A stretch of DNA of 64,000 bases. It comes from Escherichia coli. GTDB lineage: Bacteria; Pseudomonadota; Gammaproteobacteria; Enterobacterales; Enterobacteriaceae. Made by a program: the position numbers and the translations under genes. The notes beneath the pieces were generated by a model that saw nothing but the letters and a program-made list of their open reading frames with translations, searched no databases and was not told the DNA's origin. This document shows, piece after piece, positions 11,467 through 22,809 of this stretch. Location: the NCBI RefSeq assembly GCF_030384885.1, contig NZ_CP128613.1; one strand, given 5' to 3'. The number at the start of each line of letters is the position of its first letter. The stretch's first letter is position 1.

Positions 11467-12911
11467 TGCAGGAAATCTATCGTTTTATCGACGATGCGAT
11501 TGAAGCCGATCGCCAACGTTATACCGATATTGCTGATCAAATCTGGGATCATCCAGAAACACGTTTTGAAGAGTTCTGGTCAGCGGAACATCTGGCTTCG
11601 GCGCTGGAATCTGCAGGCTTCACCGTGACTCGCAACGTAGGCAATATCCCAAATGCCTTTATTGCTTCGTTTGGTCAAGACAAACCGGTTATCGCCTTGC
11701 TGGGGGAATATGACGCCCTGGCAGGTTTAAGTCAGCAAGCAGGTTGCGCGCAGCCTACATCCACGACGCCCGGTGAAAATGGTCACGGTTGCGGACACAA
11801 TTTGCTGGGAACCGCCGCTTTTGCCGCAGCAATAGCCGTCAAGAAATGGCTGGAACAATATGGGCAAGGCGGCACGGTGCGCTTTTATGGTTGTCCTGGC
11901 GAAGAAGGCGGCTCGGGAAAAACGTTCATGGTCCGCGAGGGGTTATTTGATGATGTGGATGCGGCACTCACCTGGCACCCGGAAGCCTTTGCCGGTATGT
12001 TCAATACCCGCACGCTGGCAAATATTCAAGCATCATGGCGCTTTAAAGGGATCGCAGCACATGCTGCAAATTCCCCTCATTTGGGACGCAGCGCCCTTGA
12101 TGCCGTAACGTTGATGACCACTGGCACCAACTTCCTCAACGAACATATTATTGAAAAAGCGCGCGTACACTATGCCATCACAGATAGCGGCGGGATCTCG
12201 CCCAACGTGGTCCAGGCGCAGGCAGAAGTGCTTTATCTTATCCGCGCCCCCGAAATGACCGATGTGCAGCATATTTATGATCGGGTCGCCAAAATCGCCG
12301 AAGGTGCGGCATTGATGACCGAAACCACGGTTGAATGCCGCTTTGACAAAGCCTGTTCCAGTTATCTCCCGAATCGCACCTTAGAAAATGCCATGTACCA
12401 GGCCCTATCCCATTTTGGTACTCCGGAATGGAACTGCGAAGAACTGGCTTTTGCGAAACAAATTCAGGCTACGCTCACCCCCAACGATCGGCAAAACAGT
12501 CTGAATAATATCGCCGCAACCGGTGGCGAAAACGGCAAGGCTTTTGCACTACGTCATCGTGAAACGGTACTGGCGAATGAAGTCGCTCCATATGCCGCCA
12601 CCGATAACGTGCTTGCGGCATCAACTGATGTCGGCGACGTCAGTTGGAAACTGCCTGTTGCCCAGTGTTTCAGCCCCTGTTTCGCCGTCGGTACACCGCT
12701 ACATACGTGGCAACTGGTTAGCCAGGGGCGAACGTCTATTGCTCATAAAGGAATGCTGCTGGCGGCGAAAACTATAGCAGCAACCACACTTAATCTCTTC
12801 ATTGATTCAGGGCTATTGCAAGAATGCCAACAAGAGCATCAGCAAGTTACGGACACGCAACCGTATCACTGCCCTATTCCGAAAAACGTGACACCGTCAC
12901 CTTTAAAATAA
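11466..12911 (+). CDS. abgB: p-Aminobenzoyl-glutamate hydrolase subunit B (M20 peptidase family)
   Basis: 481-aa ORF, MQEIYRFIDDAIEADRQRY.... Recognised as AbgB. Confidence 0.93.
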   Translation: MQEIYRFIDDAIEADRQRYTDIADQIWDHPETRFEEFWSAEHLASALESAGFTVTRNVGNIPNAFIASFGQDKPVIALLGEYDALAGLSQQAGCAQPTSTTPGENGHGCGHNLLGTAAFAAAIAVKKWLEQYGQGGTVRFYGCPGEEGGSGKTFMVREGLFDDVDAALTWHPEAFAGMFNTRTLANIQASWRFKGIAAHAANSPHLGRSALDAVTLMTTGTNFLNEHIIEKARVHYAITDSGGISPNVVQAQAEVLYLIRAPEMTDVQHIYDRVAKIAEGAALMTETTVECRFDKACSSYLPNRTLENAMYQALSHFGTPEWNCEELAFAKQIQATLTPNDRQNSLNNIAATGGENGKAFALRHRETVLANEVAPYAATDNVLAASTDVGDVSWKLPVAQCFSPCFAVGTPLHTWQLVSQGRTSIAHKGMLLAAKTIAATTLNLFIDSGLLQECQQEHQQVTDTQPYHCPIPKNVTPSPLK

Positions 12912-12947
12912 CAACAACAACGCAAACACAACAATCGAGGAATGCCC

Positions 12948-14474
12948 ATGAGTATGTCATCCATACCGTCGTCCTCCCAATCCGGGAAGCTCTATGGCTG
13001 GGTCGAAAGAATTGGTAACAAGGTTCCCCATCCTTTTTTGCTCTTTATCTATTTGATTATCGTACTCATGGTGACGACGGCAATTTTGTCGGCCTTTGGC
13101 GTCAGTGCGAAAAACCCGACCGATGGTACACCAGTGGTCGTGAAAAACCTGCTCAGTGTGGAAGGATTACACTGGTTTTTACCCAATGTGATTAAAAACT
13201 TTAGCGGTTTTGCCCCACTAGGCGCGATCCTGGCGCTGGTTTTAGGTGCTGGTCTGGCGGAACGCGTCGGCTTACTGCCAGCGCTAATGGTTAAAATGGC
13301 ATCGCATGTTAATGCCCGCTATGCCAGTTATATGGTGTTGTTTATTGCTTTTTTTAGCCATATATCATCCGATGCGGCGTTAGTTATCATGCCACCGATG
13401 GGCGCATTGATTTTTCTGGCGGTGGGCAGGCATCCAGTGGCAGGTTTACTGGCCGCCATTGCAGGCGTCGGTTGCGGCTTTACGGCTAATTTACTGATTG
13501 TCACAACCGACGTGTTGCTGTCGGGGATCAGCACGGAGGCTGCGGCTGCGTTCAATCCGCAAATGCACGTCAGTGTAATTGATAACTGGTATTTTATGGC
13601 CAGCTCCGTAGTCGTACTGACGTTTGTTGGCGGCCTGATAACCGACAAAATCATTGAGCCACGGTTAGGTCAATGGCAGGGAAACAGCGATGAGAAACTG
13701 CAGACATTGACCGAAAGTCAGCGTTTTGGTTTACGCATATCAGGTGTCGTATCGCTACTTTTTATTGCCGCAATTGCGCTGATGGTGATCCCGGAAAATG
13801 GGATATTGCGCGATCCGATTAATCACACCGTGATGCCATCCCCCTTTATTAAAGGTATCGTGCCACTGATCATTCTCTTTTTCTTTGTGGTTTCGCTGGC
13901 TTATGGCATCGCTACCCGCACAATTCGACGTCAGGCGGATTTACCGCATTTAATGATTGAACCGATGAAAGAGATGGCGGGATTTATCGTGATGGTTTTT
14001 CCCCTGGCCCAGTTTGTCGCCATGTTTAACTGGAGCAACATGGGGAAATTCATCGCTGTGGGGCTGACCGATATACTCGAAAGTTCAGGGCTTAGCGGCA
14101 TCCCGGCGTTTGTCGGTCTGGCGTTGCTTTCCTCTTTCTTATGCATGTTTATCGCCAGCGGTTCCGCAATCTGGTCGATTCTGGCCCCCATTTTTGTACC
14201 AATGTTTATGCTACTTGGCTTTCACCCGGCATTTGCGCAAATCCTCTTTCGTATTGCCGACTCATCCGTATTGCCTTTAGCACCGGTATCTCCTTTTGTT
14301 CCACTGTTTCTTGGATTCCTGCAACGCTACAAACCAGACGCGAAACTGGGTACTTACTATTCGTTAGTTTTGCCCTATCCACTTATCTTTTTGGTGGTAT
14401 GGCTGCTGATGTTGCTGGCGTGGTATCTTGTCGGTCTGCCGATAGGTCCGGGGATTTACCCTCGTTTGTCTTAA
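12948..14474 (+). CDS. abgT: p-Aminobenzoyl-glutamate transporter AbgT
   Basis: ATG 12948 lies 7 nt after the GAGG at 12937-12940. The upstream ATG 12942 has no usable SD. The 508-aa polytopic membrane protein [18 protein letters not shown]... is recognised as AbgT. Confidence 0.92.
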   Translation: MSMSSIPSSSQSGKLYGWVERIGNKVPHPFLLFIYLIIVLMVTTAILSAFGVSAKNPTDGTPVVVKNLLSVEGLHWFLPNVIKNFSGFAPLGAILALVLGAGLAERVGLLPALMVKMASHVNARYASYMVLFIAFFSHISSDAALVIMPPMGALIFLAVGRHPVAGLLAAIAGVGCGFTANLLIVTTDVLLSGISTEAAAAFNPQMHVSVIDNWYFMASSVVVLTFVGGLITDKIIEPRLGQWQGNSDEKLQTLTESQRFGLRISGVVSLLFIAAIALMVIPENGILRDPINHTVMPSPFIKGIVPLIILFFFVVSLAYGIATRTIRRQADLPHLMIEPMKEMAGFIVMVFPLAQFVAMFNWSNMGKFIAVGLTDILESSGLSGIPAFVGLALLSSFLCMFIASGSAIWSILAPIFVPMFMLLGFHPAFAQILFRIADSSVLPLAPVSPFVPLFLGFLQRYKPDAKLGTYYSLVLPYPLIFLVVWLLMLLAWYLVGLPIGPGIYPRLS

Positions 14475-14484
14475 GAGAGAACGG

Positions 14485-15000
14485 ATGCTGAGATTACTTG
14501 AAGAAAAAATTGCCACGCCACTAGGTCCACTGTGGGTGATTTGCGATGAGCAATTTCACTTGCGGGCGGTTGAATGGGAAGAGTACAGCGAACGCATGGT
14601 GCAGCTGCTGGACATCCATTACCGCAAAGAAGGCTATGAACGCATTTCTGCCACAAACCCAGGTGGTTTAAGCGACAAGCTTCGTGAATATTTTGCCGGT
14701 AATCTTAGCATTATTGATACGCTTCCCACTGCCACGGGGGGGACGCCATTTCAGCGCGAAGTCTGGAAAACATTACGCACAATCCCCTGCGGGCAGGTAA
14801 TGCATTACGGCCAACTGGCTAAACAATTGGGCCGCCCCGGCGCGGCGCGTGCCGTAGGTGCGGCAAATGGATCGAATCCCATCAGCATTGTTGTGCCTTG
14901 TCATCGGGTCATTGGCAGAAACGGTACCATGACCGGATATGCAGGCGGAGTTCAGCGAAAAGAGTGGTTATTACGCCACGAAGGTTATCTTTTGCTGTAA
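14485..15000 (+). CDS. ogt: O6-alkylguanine-DNA methyltransferase Ogt
   Basis: 171-aa ORF with the active-site motif VVPCHRVIG. Recognised as Ogt. Confidence 0.95.
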   Translation: MLRLLEEKIATPLGPLWVICDEQFHLRAVEWEEYSERMVQLLDIHYRKEGYERISATNPGGLSDKLREYFAGNLSIIDTLPTATGGTPFQREVWKTLRTIPCGQVMHYGQLAKQLGRPGAARAVGAANGSNPISIVVPCHRVIGRNGTMTGYAGGVQRKEWLLRHEGYLLL

Positions 15001-15161
15001 ACCTTATACAATTTGTGCCAGCTTGTTCACACTTTTATGTAAAGTTACCCTTAACAACTTAAGGGTTTTCAAATAGATAGACATATATTTACATCTAATA
15101 TCGGAATTCTCTGCTGTTAAGGTTTGCTTAGACTTACTTGCTCCCTAAAAAGATGTTAAAA

Positions 15162-15175
15162 TTGACAAATATCAA
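15162..15175 (+). promoter_or_regulatory. FNR autoregulatory box at the fnr promoter
   Basis: TTGACaaatATCAA, a near-perfect FNR consensus, lies about 20 nt upstream of the fnr start codon. Confidence 0.8.
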
Positions 15176-15194
15176 TTACGGCTTGAGCAGACCT

Positions 15195-15947
15195 ATGATC
15201 CCGGAAAAGCGAATTATACGGCGCATTCAGTCTGGCGGTTGTGCTATCCATTGCCAGGATTGCAGCATCAGCCAGCTTTGCATCCCGTTCACACTCAACG
15301 AACATGAGCTTGATCAGCTTGATAATATCATTGAGCGAAAGAAGCCTATTCAGAAAGGCCAGACGCTGTTTAAGGCTGGTGATGAACTTAAATCGCTTTA
15401 TGCCATCCGCTCCGGTACGATTAAAAGTTATACCATCACTGAGCAAGGCGACGAGCAAATCACTGGTTTCCATTTAGCAGGCGACCTGGTGGGATTTGAT
15501 GCCATCGGCAGTGGTCATCACCCAAGCTTCGCGCAGGCGCTGGAAACCTCGATGGTATGTGAAATCCCGTTCGAAACGCTGGACGATTTGTCCGGTAAAA
15601 TGCCGAATCTGCGTCAGCAGATGATGCGTCTGATGAGCGGTGAAATCAAAGGCGATCAGGACATGATCCTGCTGTTGTCGAAGAAAAATGCCGAGGAGCG
15701 TCTGGCTGCATTCATCTACAACCTGTCCCGTCGTTTTGCCCAACGCGGCTTCTCCCCTCGTGAATTCCGCCTGACGATGACTCGTGGCGATATCGGTAAC
15801 TATCTGGGCCTGACGGTAGAAACCATCAGCCGTCTGCTGGGTCGCTTCCAGAAAAGCGGTATGCTGGCAGTCAAAGGTAAATACATCACCATCGAAAATA
15901 ACGATGCGCTGGCCCAGCTTGCTGGTCACACGCGTAACGTTGCCTGA
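15195..15947 (+). CDS. fnr: Oxygen-sensing global regulator FNR (CRP/FNR family)
   Basis: Trimmed to ATG 15195 ([29 protein letters not shown]...), 250 aa. It carries the N-terminal Fe-S cysteine cluster and the HTH ..[11 protein letters not shown]... Confidence 0.97.
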
Positions 15948-16098
15948 TTTTTCCGCATCACTCACTATCCTTCTGTCATATCATTAAATTTTTCTGATTT
16001 ATTGATCTGGCAGAAGGTTCATCACTGTTTCATTCACCAGATATGGGTTAATCTTTTAATTACAAACTGCGTTGACAGTTGTTGTAAGGAGACCCTGT

Positions 16099-17049
16099 AT
16101 GGCTATGTATCAGAACATGCTCGTTGTTATCGATCCTAACCAGGACGACCAACCAGCATTGCGGCGAGCTGTTTATTTACATCAACGGATTGGTGGCAAA
16201 ATTAAAGCCTTTTTGCCGATCTATGACTTCTCATACGAAATGACCACCCTGCTCTCCCCGGACGAACGTACCGCTATGCGTCAGGGCGTCATCAGCCAGC
16301 GAACAGCCTGGATCCACGAGCAGGCAAAATATTATCTCAATGCTGGCGTTCCCATTGAAATTAAAGTGGTCTGGCATAACCGTCCATTCGAAGCCATCAT
16401 TCAGGAAGTGATCAGCGGCGGACACGATTTGGTGCTAAAAATGGCGCACCAACATGACCGTCTGGAAGCGGTGATTTTTACGCCAACGGACTGGCATCTG
16501 TTACGCAAATGCCCAAGCCCGGTGTGGATGGTGAAAGACCAGCCGTGGCCGGAAGGGGGTAAGGCGCTGGTGGCGGTGAATCTCGCCAGTGAAGAGCCGT
16601 ACCATAATGCGCTCAATGAAAAACTGGTTAAAGAGACGATCGAACTGGCGGAACAAGTTAATCATACCGAAGTTCATCTGGTTGGCGCTTATCCGGTAAC
16701 GCCAATTAATATCGCGATTGAACTGCCGGAATTTGATCCGAGCGTTTATAACGATGCCATTCGTGGGCAACATTTGCTGGCTATGAAAGCCCTGCGGCAG
16801 AAATTCGGTATTAATGAAAACATGACACACGTTGAAAAAGGTCTACCAGAAGAGGTGATTCCTGATTTGGCGGAGCACTTACAGGCGGGGATTGTGGTTC
16901 TGGGAACGGTCGGACGCACCGGTATTTCAGCAGCATTCCTCGGCAACACGGCGGAACAGGTGATTGATCATCTTCGCTGCGACCTGCTGGTCATTAAACC
17001 TGACCAGTATCAGACCCCCGTTGAACTGGATGACGAAGAAGACGATTAA
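16099..17049 (+). CDS. uspE: Universal stress protein E (tandem Usp domains)
   Basis: Trimmed to ATG 16099, downstream of the SD AAGGAG at 16086-16091 (7-nt spacer). The product [23 protein letters not shown]... is 316 aa. Confidence 0.95.
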   Translation: MAMYQNMLVVIDPNQDDQPALRRAVYLHQRIGGKIKAFLPIYDFSYEMTTLLSPDERTAMRQGVISQRTAWIHEQAKYYLNAGVPIEIKVVWHNRPFEAIIQEVISGGHDLVLKMAHQHDRLEAVIFTPTDWHLLRKCPSPVWMVKDQPWPEGGKALVAVNLASEEPYHNALNEKLVKETIELAEQVNHTEVHLVGAYPVTPINIAIELPEFDPSVYNDAIRGQHLLAMKALRQKFGINENMTHVEKGLPEEVIPDLAEHLQAGIVVLGTVGRTGISAAFLGNTAEQVIDHLRCDLLVIKPDQYQTPVELDDEEDD

Positions 17050-17070
17050 CGACTCTTCAATAACTGACAA

Positions 17071-17096
17071 GGCCCGAGTTAACGGGCCTATTTTTT
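17071..17096. terminator. Hairpin terminator shared by convergent uspE and ynaJ
   Basis: Stem ggcccg/cgggcc with a 6-nt loop, followed by a T-run (tatttttt). Confidence 0.8.
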
Positions 17097-17098
17097 AC

Positions 17099-17356
17099 TT
17101 ACTGCTCTTCGCCGCCAAGGAAATAAATTCCCAACGGGATTGCCAGCAACACAGTAAAGACCAGGCTATAAACAAAAATCATTGATGACTGAATCACATA
17201 CATTGATGTCGTCCACTCAGACAGCGGAATATTGTACTGTTCTATCACGCCGCCGATGGTCGCGCGAGTCACAACCGACGCCGCAATAATGAAAACCGCC
17301 AACAAACCAAAGAGAAATTTCTTCCCTTTCGCTGACTTCAGTTTCGCCATAATCAT
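17099..17356 (-). CDS. ynaJ: Small inner-membrane protein YnaJ
   Basis: 85-aa ORF with two hydrophobic helices. Recognised as YnaJ. Confidence 0.88.
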   Translation of the reverse strand: MIMAKLKSAKGKKFLFGLLAVFIIAASVVTRATIGGVIEQYNIPLSEWTTSMYVIQSSMIFVYSLVFTVLLAIPLGIYFLGGEEQ

Positions 17357-17599
17357 GATGTAATCCTTGTGCAGACAAATTTCTTGTTACCTAACAGTAA
17401 CAATACCATGACATTTCACCGTTGTCTGCTCTGAAAACCTCACCTCTTAGCTGGATTTACAATCAACGCATTGATTAGTTAGCTAATGTTGCTACTTCCT
17501 TCCCTGACTATTGATGATCTGAATGAATTGTCGCGGTAAAATAGCCCCGCCAGGGGTTTCCGGCATGACGACAATTATCTGGAGGAGCCTGATAAAACA

Positions 17600-18631
17600 A
17601 TGATCGCTGAACTGTTTACAAATAATGCGCTTAATCTGGTCATTATTTTCGGTAGCTGCGCAGCATTGATTCTGATGAGCTTTTGGTTTCGCCGCGGAAA
17701 TCGTAAAAGAAAAGGATTTTTATTCCATGCGGTGCAATTTTTAATCTACACCATAATTATCAGTGCTGTTGGTAGCATCATTAATTATGTTATAGAAAAC
17801 TACAAACTCCAATTTATCACTCCAGGCGTTATCGATTTTATCTGTACGTCCCTGATTGCGGTTATTCTGACGATTAAGTTATTTCTGCTGATTAATCAGT
17901 TTGAAAAACAGCAGATTAAAAAAGGTCGCGATATCACCAGTGCGCGGATTATGTCGCGTATCATCAAAATCACCATTATTGTGGTACTTGTTTTGCTTTA
18001 TGGCGAACATTTCGGTATGAGCCTTTCTGGCTTGTTGACCTTTGGTGGTATTGGTGGTCTGGCTGTCGGTATGGCCGGTAAAGATATTTTGAGTAACTTC
18101 TTTTCCGGGATTATGCTCTATTTCGACCGTCCTTTTAGTATTGGCGACTGGATCCGTTCACCGGACAGAAATATCGAAGGTACAGTAGCGGAAATTGGCT
18201 GGCGAATTACCAAAATTACGACCTTTGATAATCGTCCGTTATACGTCCCGAACTCGCTGTTTTCGTCTATCAGCGTAGAAAACCCGGGGCGAATGACCAA
18301 CCGACGTATTACCACGACAATCGGTTTACGTTATGAGGATGCGGCAAAAGTGGGAGCCATTGTCGAAGCCGTACGTGAGATGCTTAAAAATCACCCAGCC
18401 ATCGACCAGCGACAAACCTTACTGGTTTATTTCAACCAGTTTGCTGACTCGTCATTGAATATTATGGTTTATTGCTTTACCAAAACCACAGTATGGGCTG
18501 AATGGCTTGCCGCCCAGCAGGATGTTTATTTGAAGATTATCGATATTGTACAGTCACACGGCGCGGATTTCGCGTTCCCAAGCCAGACGCTGTATATGGA
18601 TAACATTACACCACCAGACCAGGGTCGTTAA
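17600..18631 (+). CDS. ynaI: MscS-family low-conductance mechanosensitive channel YnaI
   Basis: 343-aa ORF with N-terminal TM helices and a conserved MscS pore/beta domain (..[22 protein letters not shown]..). Confidence 0.93.
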   Translation: MIAELFTNNALNLVIIFGSCAALILMSFWFRRGNRKRKGFLFHAVQFLIYTIIISAVGSIINYVIENYKLQFITPGVIDFICTSLIAVILTIKLFLLINQFEKQQIKKGRDITSARIMSRIIKITIIVVLVLLYGEHFGMSLSGLLTFGGIGGLAVGMAGKDILSNFFSGIMLYFDRPFSIGDWIRSPDRNIEGTVAEIGWRITKITTFDNRPLYVPNSLFSSISVENPGRMTNRRITTTIGLRYEDAAKVGAIVEAVREMLKNHPAIDQRQTLLVYFNQFADSSLNIMVYCFTKTTVWAEWLAAQQDVYLKIIDIVQSHGADFAFPSQTLYMDNITPPDQGR

Positions 18632-18676
18632 TTCAGACATCACTGGCGTTACCCACAAGGGTAACGCCAGTTCACA

Positions 18677-20290
18677 TCAATGTTTCACAATATACATAGT
18701 CCGGCTATACGCCACATCTTCCGGGTTATTAATGGGATAACCTTTCAGCCACGGCTTGATTAATCGTCCATTGGTATATTGATAAATTGGTGCAATCGGT
18801 GCTTGCTCCATGAGGATTTTTTCTGCCGCGTTGTAATCGGCATTACGCGCTTTAACGGTATTTTCCGTCGATGCCTGGGCCAAAACTTTGTCGTAGGCCG
18901 GGTTGTTAAAACGTGAAATGTTCCCTGAATGCGTTGACGTTAATAATGTCAGGAAGGTGGAGGGTTCATTATAATCCCCCACCCACGAGGCGCGGATAAC
19001 ATCAAAATTACCTGTATTACGACTATCGATATAGGTTTTCCATTCCTGATTTTGCAGTTTGACATCTACACCAAGGTTCTTTTTCCACATCGATGCCACA
19101 GCAATCGCAATTTTTTGATGGTTTTCTGAAGTATTATACAAAAGCGTCAGCTTCAGCGGTTTTTGCGGACCATAACCGGCTGCGCTCAACAAAGTTTTTG
19201 CCTGCGCATTCAGTTCTTCCTGACTCATTTGTTCAAACGGCGAAGGCTCCGGCGTGAATCCGGCAGTAACATCTGGCGTAAAATGCCACGCTGGTTTTTC
19301 GCCCGTCCCCAACACTTTTTCGGTCATCAGGCGGCGATCTATCGTCATACTTAATGCCAGACGAACGCGCTGATCTGCCGCCGGCCCTTTTTGCGTGTTA
19401 AACGCATAATAATAGGTCCCGAGCTGCGGCGGTGTATAAACCTGCCCCGGAATATCCTTCAACAGCTTCTGATACATATTTTTGGGGAAGGATTCGGTGA
19501 TATCAATATCCCCCGCGAGATAACGCTTAGTGGCTGCGGATTCCTGATTAATTGGCAGGAAGGTCACTTTTTGCAACACCGTTTTGGCGTTATCCCAATA
19601 ATGAGTATTTGGCACCACGACCAGTTTTTCATTGACTACACGCTCTTTAAGAACATAAGCGCCATTGCCGACCAGATTTCCGGGTTTCGTCCACTCTTTC
19701 CCGCTTTCTACGTTAGCTTTTTGCACCGGGAAGAAGGCAAAATTGGCTGTTAAATTCACAAACCACGGCAACGGTTTATCAAGCTGGATTTTCAAAGTAC
19801 GGGCATCAACCGCGGTGACGCCTAGCTGATCAGGCGTAGCTTTACCATCAATAATCGCCTGTGCGTTGTTGATTCCCGCCAGCGCGGCAAACCAGGCAAA
19901 CGGCGACAACGTTTTTGGGTCAACCAGACGTTGCCAGCTGTAGACAAAATCCTGTGCCGTTACCGGTGTGCCATCCGCCCATTTTGCGTTATCGCGCAGG
20001 GTGAAAGTCCAGATACGGTTGTCATTACTTTTCCACTGAGTCGCAACGCCGGGGACAATCTCCCCTTTCTCGTTCTGATTCACCAGTCCTTCAAAAAGAT
20101 CGCGAATGACCTGAATCTCTGGCAGACCCACGGCTTTAGCGGGATCCAGCGACGCAGGCTCATCTTTAATATGGCGCACCAGCTCCTGCTTCTCTGCCAG
20201 TACTGTGCCGCTCGGAACTTCTGCAGCATACGAAAGAGAAATGCTGCTGACCAACAGCGCACAACACGTGACTGAAACAGAGTGCTTCAT
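18677..20290 (-). CDS. mppA: Periplasmic murein tripeptide-binding protein MppA (OppA paralogue)
   Basis: 537-aa ORF with a signal peptide MKHSVSVTCCALLVSSISLSYA/AEV. Family 5 SBP, recognised as MppA. Confidence 0.95.
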   Translation of the reverse strand: MKHSVSVTCCALLVSSISLSYAAEVPSGTVLAEKQELVRHIKDEPASLDPAKAVGLPEIQVIRDLFEGLVNQNEKGEIVPGVATQWKSNDNRIWTFTLRDNAKWADGTPVTAQDFVYSWQRLVDPKTLSPFAWFAALAGINNAQAIIDGKATPDQLGVTAVDARTLKIQLDKPLPWFVNLTANFAFFPVQKANVESGKEWTKPGNLVGNGAYVLKERVVNEKLVVVPNTHYWDNAKTVLQKVTFLPINQESAATKRYLAGDIDITESFPKNMYQKLLKDIPGQVYTPPQLGTYYYAFNTQKGPAADQRVRLALSMTIDRRLMTEKVLGTGEKPAWHFTPDVTAGFTPEPSPFEQMSQEELNAQAKTLLSAAGYGPQKPLKLTLLYNTSENHQKIAIAVASMWKKNLGVDVKLQNQEWKTYIDSRNTGNFDVIRASWVGDYNEPSTFLTLLTSTHSGNISRFNNPAYDKVLAQASTENTVKARNADYNAAEKILMEQAPIAPIYQYTNGRLIKPWLKGYPINNPEDVAYSRTMYIVKH

Positions 20291-20472
20291 AAGTTACCCT
20301 CAAACCTGCGTTAATAATCATGCGTAATTATTTGTTTCGCCTTAAAGAAATGCAAACAACTTCCGGCAAAAAAGTGATACAAGATCGATAACATAGCGTT
20401 GAAGAAAAGGATTTGATAATCCGCAAAATTTGCACAACACTGCCTGTAATACTTCCTGAACCAGAGACGATC

Positions 20473-21201
20473 ATGACCGTAACTCGCCCACGCGCCGAAC
20501 GCGGCGCATTTCCGCCCGGTACAGAACATTACGGACGTTCATTATTGGGCGCGCCTTTGATCTGGTTTCCGGCCCCAGCCGCCAGTCACGAAAGTGGTTT
20601 GATTCTGGCTGGCACCCACGGTGATGAAAACTCTTCGGTCGTGACCCTCTCCTGTGCTCTGCGGACATTGACACCGTCTTTGCGCCGCCATCATGTGGTG
20701 CTGTGTGTGAATCCTGACGGCTGCCAGTTAGGGTTACGGGCCAATGCTAATGGCGTGGATTTAAATAGAAACTTTCCGGCAGCAAACTGGAAGGAAGGTG
20801 AAACGGTTTATCGCTGGAACAGCGCCGCTGAAGAACGTGATGTCGTTTTACTGACAGGTGACAAACCTGGCTCCGAACCTGAAACTCAGGCGCTGTGCCA
20901 GCTTATACATCGCATTCAACCTGCCTGGGTGGTCTCATTCCACGATCCACTGGCCTGTATTGAAGACCCCAGACACAGCGAATTAGGTGAATGGCTGGCC
21001 CAGGCGTTTGAATTGCCACTGGTCACCAGCGTCGGTTATGAAACGCCTGGCTCTTTCGGCAGTTGGTGTGCGGATCTCAACCTGCATTGCATCACCGCAG
21101 AGTTTCCGCCCATCTCCTCCGACGAAGCCAGCGAAAAATACCTCTTTGCGATGGCTAACTTGCTGCGCTGGCATCCTAAAGATGCAATGCGCCCGTCGTG
21201 A
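20473..21201 (+). CDS. mpaA: Murein peptide amidase A (M14 zinc carboxypeptidase-like)
   Basis: Trimmed to ATG 20473 (MTVTRPRAERGAFPPGTEHYG...), 242 aa. It has the zinc-binding motif GTHGDE. Confidence 0.92.
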   Translation: MTVTRPRAERGAFPPGTEHYGRSLLGAPLIWFPAPAASHESGLILAGTHGDENSSVVTLSCALRTLTPSLRRHHVVLCVNPDGCQLGLRANANGVDLNRNFPAANWKEGETVYRWNSAAEERDVVLLTGDKPGSEPETQALCQLIHRIQPAWVVSFHDPLACIEDPRHSELGEWLAQAFELPLVTSVGYETPGSFGSWCADLNLHCITAEFPPISSDEASEKYLFAMANLLRWHPKDAMRPS

Positions 21202-22141
21202 ATTGAAGCGCCGGTTCCACATCTACCGCCAGCCAGGTCGGTCCGTCAAGATCAGCAAAACTGACCTGCGGCACCAGCGGTAAAGCGGCGTTAATGGCAC
21301 GAGAGGTACACAACATGCAGCCCAGCATCAGACTGAAACCTTGTGCACGTGCTTCAGTCGCCAGCGCCAGCGCTTCCGTCAGGCCACCCGTTTTATCGAG
21401 CTTAATGTTAACCATCTCATAGCGCCCTTTCAGCGCCTTCAGATTGCTACGAGTATGACAACTTTCATCTGCACAAATCGGTAACGGATGAATAAAATTC
21501 TCCAACGCCGCATCGTCCTGCGCAGGAAGCGGTTGTTCAAGCATCGCAACGCCTAAATCCGCCAATAGCTGGCAACGCGCCGCCAACCCTTCTGCACGCC
21601 AGGATTCATTTGCATCAACGATTAGCGTCGCATCGGGTACAGCCGTGCGAATTGCTACCATCCGCTCACTGATAAGATGGTTATCCAGCTTCACTTTCAG
21701 TAATTTCGCGCCTGCCTGCCAGAGTGTTGATGCACTATTGGCCATCTGATCAGGCGTACCGATGACTACCGTCTGGGCAGTGGTGACTGTCTCGGGAAGC
21801 GTTATGCCGATCAAATCAGCCAGCGATTGCTGCTGTTTTCGCGCCGCCAGATCCCACAATGCACAATCCAGCGCATTACGTGCTGCGCCGGCAGGGAGAA
21901 TTTTTTGCAACTCCTCCCGTGTAAGCCCTTTCTCTAATTGCGGCACGACGCTCATAATTTGCGCCATTACCGAGGCATCACTTTCTCCATAACGCGGATA
22001 CGGCGTGCATTCACCGGTGCCTTTAATACCTTCTTCTTCCAGTTCAACCACCACCACGCGCGCTTCACTACGACTTCCCCGAGCAATCACAAACGGGGTA
22101 TGTAAGGGCCAGGCTTCCTCAAATACCTTAACGGTTCTCAT
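21176..22141 (-). CDS. ycjG: L-Ala-D/L-Glu epimerase (enolase superfamily)
   Basis: Trimmed to ATG 22141, which is preceded by AGGAG. The product MRTVKVFEEAWPLHTPFVIARGSR... is 321 aa. Its 3' end overlaps the mpaA 3' end by 26 bp. Confidence 0.92.
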   Translation of the reverse strand: MRTVKVFEEAWPLHTPFVIARGSRSEARVVVVELEEEGIKGTGECTPYPRYGESDASVMAQIMSVVPQLEKGLTREELQKILPAGAARNALDCALWDLAARKQQQSLADLIGITLPETVTTAQTVVIGTPDQMANSASTLWQAGAKLLKVKLDNHLISERMVAIRTAVPDATLIVDANESWRAEGLAARCQLLADLGVAMLEQPLPAQDDAALENFIHPLPICADESCHTRSNLKALKGRYEMVNIKLDKTGGLTEALALATEARAQGFSLMLGCMLCTSRAINAALPLVPQVSFADLDGPTWLAVDVEPALQFTTGALHL

Positions 22142-22259
22142 CTTTACTCCTTGTTGTCGCGGTGGTCTGCGGATTAAGCGCAAATAGCGTTTGCTGTGTT
22201 ATTGACAGTTAGCATAAACTAGGTGTGACGTTAACTATATGTAAACAGGAAAGATAATC

Positions 22260-22763
22260 ATGTCACAAACCGTTCATTTCCAGGGCAACCCGGTTACAGT
22301 CGCCAATTCCATCCCGCAGGCGGGTAGCAAAGCGCAGACTTTTACTCTCGTGGCAAAAGATCTGTCTGACGTCACCCTCGGTCAGTTTGCGGGTAAACGC
22401 AAAGTGCTGAACATTTTCCCGAGTATTGATACCGGTGTTTGCGCCGCATCAGTACGTAAGTTTAACCAACTGGCAACCGAGATCGACAACACCGTTGTGC
22501 TGTGTATCTCTGCCGATCTGCCGTTCGCCCAGTCTCGTTTCTGCGGCGCAGAAGGTCTGAACAACGTTATCACCCTCTCCACTTTCCGTAACGCTGAATT
22601 CCTGCAAGCCTACGGTGTGGCAATTGCTGATGGCCCACTGAAAGGTCTGGCAGCGCGTGCCGTTGTGGTTATCGATGAAAATGACAATGTGATTTTCAGC
22701 CAGCTGGTTGATGAAATCACCACCGAGCCGGATTACGAAGCAGCTCTGGCTGTACTGCGCTAA
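22260..22763 (+). CDS. tpx: Thiol peroxidase Tpx
   Basis: The [25 protein letters not shown]... carries the peroxidatic Cys motif DTGVCA. Recognised as Tpx. Confidence 0.96.
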   Translation: MSQTVHFQGNPVTVANSIPQAGSKAQTFTLVAKDLSDVTLGQFAGKRKVLNIFPSIDTGVCAASVRKFNQLATEIDNTVVLCISADLPFAQSRFCGAEGLNNVITLSTFRNAEFLQAYGVAIADGPLKGLAARAVVVIDENDNVIFSQLVDEITTEPDYEAALAVLR

Positions 22764-22770
22764 ACAACTG

Positions 22771-22809
22771 TGCCGTTCACTGAATCACCACCGGTGAACG
22801 GCAGTTTTT
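22771..22809 (+). terminator. Intrinsic terminator of tpx
   Basis: 10-bp stem tgccgttcac/gtgaacggca with a 13-nt loop, followed by gttttt. Confidence 0.85.

Noticed and set aside
21176-21201. 26-bp overlap of the convergent 3' ends of mpaA and ycjG.
   Set aside because: To my knowledge this is a genuine but ordinary feature of this locus in E. coli. There is no evidence of anything beyond compact gene packing.
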